Source: an uncultured Spirochaetota bacterium (GTDB lineage: Bacteria; Spirochaetota; Spirochaetia; SZUA-6; Fen-1364). From it: a DNA stretch of 64,000 bases. The stretch spans positions 32,001 to 96,000 of the forward strand of contig CAVUXE010000035.1 of the NCBI GenBank assembly GCA_963745235.1. The letters run 5' to 3'. The notes beneath the pieces were generated by a model. It was not told the DNA's origin. It worked only from the letters and a program-made list of their open reading frames with translations, and did no database searches. The translations under genes were made by a program, and so were the position numbers. Positions within the stretch are counted from its first letter, which is position 1; every line of letters begins with the position of its first letter. Below, piece by piece: positions 59,874 through 64,000 of this stretch.

Positions 59874-61028
59874 ATGGATCAAGTGAAGCAAAGCCACGCC
59901 GAGGAGTACGGCAAGGCCCCCGAGATCATAGCCTGCGCTCCCGGCCGGGTGAACCTGATCGGTGAGCACACCGACTACAATGACGGCTTTGTTTTCCCCA
60001 TGGCAATAGATTTCGTCGTGCGTGTGGCAGTTACGCGCAGGAAAGACACCCACCTGCGGTTCTATTCCGTGGACTACAAGGACAGGAAACGGGCCACTCT
60101 CCCCACGCTCCGTTATCGAAAAGAAGACCGCTGGGCCAATTATCCCAAGGGAATCATAGCGGAGTTCCTCGCGCGGGGCCAGGAGCTTGGCGGCATGGAC
60201 ATAACGATCCAGGGAGACATTCCCCAAGGCGCCGGGTTGTCCTCTTCAGCCGCCCTGGAGGTCGCAACCGCGCTCGCCATCCAGGAGCTTTACGGTATAG
60301 AGATCGGCCGCGAAGACCTGGCAAAGCTCGCCCAGCACGCGGAGAACGAGTTTGTCGGCGTGAAATGCGGCATCATGGATCAATTCATTTCCCGGCTGGC
60401 GAAAGAGGGGCACGCGATGCTCCTGGACGCCCGTTTCCTCACGTATCACTTTGTGCCCCTCACCCTGAAGACCGTGAAGATACTCATCACCAACTCAAAA
60501 GTCCCGCACGGCCTTGTAGATTCGGAATACAACAAGCGGCGGGAAGAATGCAGGAAGTGCGTCGAGATCCTGTCAGTCAAGAAGCCCGGCACGGCGCTGC
60601 GGGACTACACCTCGAACGATGTCCGTGACAGCATGGGAATGATCCCGGAGGGCACGCGAAAGAAGTGCCTCCATGTCGTGGAGGAGAACCAGCGGGTGCT
60701 GGAAGCGGAAGAAGCGCTGAAGAAAAGAGACCTGGTGACCTTTGGCAAGCTGATGAACCGCTCCCACGAGAGCCTGCGGGACCTGTACGAGGTGTCCTGC
60801 CCGGAGCTCGACTGGCTGGTCAAGAGGGCGTGGGAGACCGAGGGAGTCTACGGCTCGCGTCTCACCGGCGCAGGCTTTGGAGGATGCACGGTGACGCTGA
60901 TCGAGGAGGAGGCCATCCCCCTGTATCGGGAGCATATCGTCCAGTACGAGCGCATATTCGGGTTTCGCCCGGAGATCTACATCTGCAAGCCGTCTCCTGG
61001 CGCGCATATCCTGGAAAACCATTCCTAG
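59874..61028 (+). CDS. galK: Galactokinase
   Basis: APGRVNLIGEHTDYN, PQGAGLSSSAA, CGIMDQ, GSRLTGAGFGGC. Confidence 0.96.
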   Translation: MDQVKQSHAEEYGKAPEIIACAPGRVNLIGEHTDYNDGFVFPMAIDFVVRVAVTRRKDTHLRFYSVDYKDRKRATLPTLRYRKEDRWANYPKGIIAEFLARGQELGGMDITIQGDIPQGAGLSSSAALEVATALAIQELYGIEIGREDLAKLAQHAENEFVGVKCGIMDQFISRLAKEGHAMLLDARFLTYHFVPLTLKTVKILITNSKVPHGLVDSEYNKRREECRKCVEILSVKKPGTALRDYTSNDVRDSMGMIPEGTRKKCLHVVEENQRVLEAEEALKKRDLVTFGKLMNRSHESLRDLYEVSCPELDWLVKRAWETEGVYGSRLTGAGFGGCTVTLIEEEAIPLYREHIVQYERIFGFRPEIYICKPSPGAHILENHS

Positions 61029-61029
61029 C

Positions 61030-61773
61030 ATGAGGATCCTCGTTACAAACGACGATGGGATACAGGCCGATGGGATCCGTCAGCTCGAGAAGACTCTTCG
61101 GGAGGACCACGAAGTGTGGCTGGTGGCCCCGGAGGGAGAAAAGAGCGGCGCATCCCACTCCATTACGTTGCGGGATTCAATCCGGGCGCGCTGCCTCGGG
61201 GAGCACAGATACGCCTGCCGAGGGACCACCGCGGATTGTGTGATCGTGTCGCTGCTCGGGCTCATCCCCCCGAAAGTGGACATGGTCATCTCGGGGATCA
61301 ATCACGGACCCAACCTCGGGACGGACATCCTTTTTTCCAGCACGGCGGCCGGTGCCCGCCAGGGGGCGCTCATGGGGGTGCCGTCCGTCGCGGTCTCCCT
61401 GGGCGCGTATGCGCCGCCTTTCGATTTTTCGAAGGCCGCTGATTTCGTCTCACGCAACCTGGAGATCTTTCGAGAGCTGTGGACGGATGACCATTTCCTC
61501 AACGTCAATTTTCCGCCCGCTGTCGCGGAACCCCCTGATTCCGTCATCACTTTCCCGTCGCGAAGAATCTACAAGGACCGCCTGAATACCTACCGCGCGC
61601 CGAACGGGGACACTTTCTGCTTTGTCCACGGGGCCGTGCCGGAGGCCCACTACGAGGCTGGATCTGACTGCCAGGTGCTGTCCGAAGGGAAGATATCAAT
61701 CTCTCCCATCCACGCGCACCCGCGCAACTGGGTTTCCATCGAGGAAAGGTACCGCAGGGTGAGGTTCAAATGA
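61030..61773 (+). CDS. surE: 5'/3'-nucleotidase SurE
   Basis: MRILVTNDDGI, SGASHSIT, GTTADC, ISGINHGPNLG. Confidence 0.95.
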   Translation: MRILVTNDDGIQADGIRQLEKTLREDHEVWLVAPEGEKSGASHSITLRDSIRARCLGEHRYACRGTTADCVIVSLLGLIPPKVDMVISGINHGPNLGTDILFSSTAAGARQGALMGVPSVAVSLGAYAPPFDFSKAADFVSRNLEIFRELWTDDHFLNVNFPPAVAEPPDSVITFPSRRIYKDRLNTYRAPNGDTFCFVHGAVPEAHYEAGSDCQVLSEGKISISPIHAHPRNWVSIEERYRRVRFK

Positions 61774-62456
61774 ACGAGAAGTTCGAACGGGCGGTCAAGC
61801 TCTACCATGCCCACAGGTACGAGCAGGCCCTCGCCGCGCTGAAGGAAGTGGAGACCGAGACGGGGGAATCTCCGGAGCTGGATTACTACACGGGTCTGAC
61901 CCTCACGCAGCTGGGCAGGTACGAGGACGCGCTGCTTGCCCTGGAGAAGGTGGTGAGCTCGCACTTCAGCTTCCTGCACATCATGCAGGCGCGGATGGTG
62001 CTCGGGTACATCTACTCGGTGACGGGGCGCTACCGGCTGGCGGAGTTCGAGTTTACGAAGGTGAGCGAGCTGGGGCTGCAGTCCTCCCAGGCCCTGGCCG
62101 CCCTGGGCTTTGTGTACTACGCCCAGAAAAAAGTCAAAGAAAGCATTGAAGCCTTGAAAAAGGCCCTCGAGCTGGAGCCCCGGAATCCCAACGCGCTGAA
62201 CTCCCTGGGCTTCATCTACGCGGAAGAGAAGATCGACCCGCAGAAGGCGGTTGCCCTCTGCAGGCAGGCGGTGGAGGTTGCGCCGCGGAACGCCGCCTAT
62301 CTCGACTCCCTGGGCTGGGCTCTCTACCGCGTCGGAGGATACGACGAGGCACGCGTGCTCTTTCGCCGGGCCCTCGACCTGGCGCCGGGAAACCATGACA
62401 TCGCGGCGCACATGCGCGCCGTGATGGAGGCCCTCAAGGACGTGACAAAGCCCTAG
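61770..62456 (+). CDS. Tetratricopeptide repeat protein
   Basis: Several TPRs, e.g. ALNSLGFIYA and YLDSLGWALY. Confidence 0.85.
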   Translation: MNEKFERAVKLYHAHRYEQALAALKEVETETGESPELDYYTGLTLTQLGRYEDALLALEKVVSSHFSFLHIMQARMVLGYIYSVTGRYRLAEFEFTKVSELGLQSSQALAALGFVYYAQKKVKESIEALKKALELEPRNPNALNSLGFIYAEEKIDPQKAVALCRQAVEVAPRNAAYLDSLGWALYRVGGYDEARVLFRRALDLAPGNHDIAAHMRAVMEALKDVTKP

Positions 62457-62521
62457 AGGGGTGAAATTCTTCATTCATTAAATTGGGAGAATCCGTCGAA
62501 ACTCAGAACAGGAGTGAGCCT

Positions 62522-62683
62522 ATGAAGGTTGATAGCGTAGCTCTTCCTGCAGTGTCGAACGCTCAGATGAACGATCTTCCGATCATGAACGCGGAGGAGA
62601 TCAAGAACATTCTGTATCTCGGCATCAAGGGAGAGATCAATGTCGAACCGGGCAACAAGCACGCCGTAGATACGTACGCCTGA
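62522..62683 (+). CDS. Small hypothetical protein (53 aa)
   Basis: RBS AGGAG; MKVDSVALP...EEIKNILYLGIKG...VDTYA. Confidence 0.55.
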   Translation: MKVDSVALPAVSNAQMNDLPIMNAEEIKNILYLGIKGEINVEPGNKHAVDTYA

Positions 62684-62701
62684 TTCTTCTATACTGGGAT
62701 C

Positions 62702-64000
62702 GTGAAACGCCGATCACTGACAGCGTTCGTGCTTTGCCTGCTGCCCATCGCCCTTTCCGCGCAGACGCTTGACTTCAACGCGGTACGCTCCGCCGAACAG
62801 CTTCGACGCGGCGTGCAGGCCTTTCACCGCGGCTTCTACGGGGATGCCCTGGTCTCCCTCGAAAAAGCAATCAGCTACAAGACGTCCAACATCCTTGCCC
62901 AGGAGTGGCTGGGCCGCACCCTGTGGAAATCCGGCTATGAGCAGGAGGCCGTCAAGACATGGAGCCAGCTCGTTGCCTCAGGTTCCGGGGACGAGCTTCT
63001 CCGCGACTGGATCTCCGTCGTCGGGCTGCGCCGCGGGCTGGGCAGGGAGATCGACAACACGGCGAAGTGGGTCGTATCCGCGGAGCTGGACGGCTCTCTC
63101 AAGGGCGGCTACTCCTTCACGCGACCAACCAGCGTGCGTGCACGCGCGGACGGGACTTTCTGGGTCGTCGCATTCGGGTCGAACGAGGTCCTTCGGTTCG
63201 ACGGAGACTTCAAGCTGCTCGCCGTGGTCCGTGGCGGTCTTGCGGGGTTTGACCATCCCTATGATGTTCAAGAAGCCGAGGACGGCACACTCTATGTTTC
63301 GGAATATGGGGCCAACCGTGTGGCCAAGTGCACCCCGGCCGGTGATACGATAACGACTTTCGGCGGGACCGGGCGCGGGGATGGGAAGCTGGTCGGGCCC
63401 CAGTACCTCGCCCTGGACGGCAAGGGATATCTGTGGGTGACGGATTGGGGCAATTCCCGGGTGGTTCGGTATGACCTTGACGGCAAGTTCGTCCAGTCCA
63501 TTCCGGGGATCAACGGCCCCACGGGAATTGCGGTCCATGAGGACCGCCTGTACGTTTCGGAGAAAGCGTCCAAACGCATCCTCATCTACGACCTGAGCGG
63601 CAATTTCATCGGCTCCCTCGGGGACGGCACCCTCACCGGACCGGAGGGCATCTCCTTCACTCCCGATGGACTGCTGCTGGTTGCGGATGCCAACGGCGTC
63701 CGGGAATGCGATGTGGAGAACGAGACCTGGACGAACCTGGGGGATTTGAGCGCACACACGAAGCGCCTTGTCCAGCAGGCCGCGACCGCGAACGGCCAGA
63801 TCCTCGGCGTGGATTTCGACCTGAGCCGGATCGTCCTGCTCACCGATACGACGTCGCTGTACGCGGGTCTGTTCGTGCACGTGGACCGCATCAACTCGGC
63901 AAAGTTCCCCGAAGTGTACGCGGACGTCTCGGTGGAGACGCGCCTGGGCAGACCCGTGGTCGGACTGGGCATCGACAATTTCATCGTCACGGAGAACCAT
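62702..64000 (+). CDS. Exported TPR plus NHL-repeat beta-propeller protein (3'-truncated; absent from ORF track)
   Basis: Signal peptide MKRRSLTAFVLCLLPIALSA; TPR region; NHL repeats FTRPTSV, FDHPYDV, LVGPQYLALD, WVTDWGNSRV; no stop seen before the window end. Confidence 0.85.
   Translation, partial: MKRRSLTAFVLCLLPIALSAQTLDFNAVRSAEQLRRGVQAFHRGFYGDALVSLEKAISYKTSNILAQEWLGRTLWKSGYEQEAVKTWSQLVASGSGDELLRDWISVVGLRRGLGREIDNTAKWVVSAELDGSLKGGYSFTRPTSVRARADGTFWVVAFGSNEVLRFDGDFKLLAVVRGGLAGFDHPYDVQEAEDGTLYVSEYGANRVAKCTPAGDTITTFGGTGRGDGKLVGPQYLALDGKGYLWVTDWGNSRVVRYDLDGKFVQSIPGINGPTGIAVHEDRLYVSEKASKRILIYDLSGNFIGSLGDGTLTGPEGISFTPDGLLLVADANGVRECDVENETWTNLGDLSAHTKRLVQQAATANGQILGVDFDLSRIVLLTDTTSLYAGLFVHVDRINSAKFPEVYADVSVETRLGRPVVGLGIDNFIVTENH

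Noticed and set aside
62471-62505. Possible sigma-28 promoter before the 53-aa ORF
   Set aside because: Spacing between TAAA and GTCGAAAC does not fit the consensus.

Overview
High-GC bacterial chromosome segment, most likely from a Spirochaetia/Spirochaetales organism. The basis is spirochaete-type synteny: tatD / M23 peptidase-bactofilin-YaaR-PSP1, gltX-glyQS-tyrS-lnt, rpsT-HU-lnt, bactofilin-cinA-rho-rpmE and galK-surE-TPR-NHL. Most genes are housekeeping: dnaK-dnaJ, buk, rlmB, purFMNDE, rarA, dusB, a Gld-like ABC system, dsbD and three aminoacyl-tRNA synthetases. At least 15 genes, including essential ones, carry apparent single-base indels. This points to long-read consensus errors, which also create false ORF fusions. 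No rRNA, tRNA or CRISPR array was recognised. Best accessory candidates: (1) a ~1.5 kb transposase-less DUF222-HNH element between two CTAG sites, with degenerate inverted ends, its own leaderless promoter and a Myxococcus-type LexA box; (2) a lower-GC module encoding a small outer-membrane beta-barrel and two paralogous lipoproteins; (3) two orphan DNA methyltransferases; (4) a TetR-controlled gene fusing two reductase domains; (5) a 58-aa zinc-ribbon gene missed by the ORF track; (6) a LarA-family/HAD/G1P-dehydrogenase cluster. All calls come from manual motif recognition; no database searches were run.
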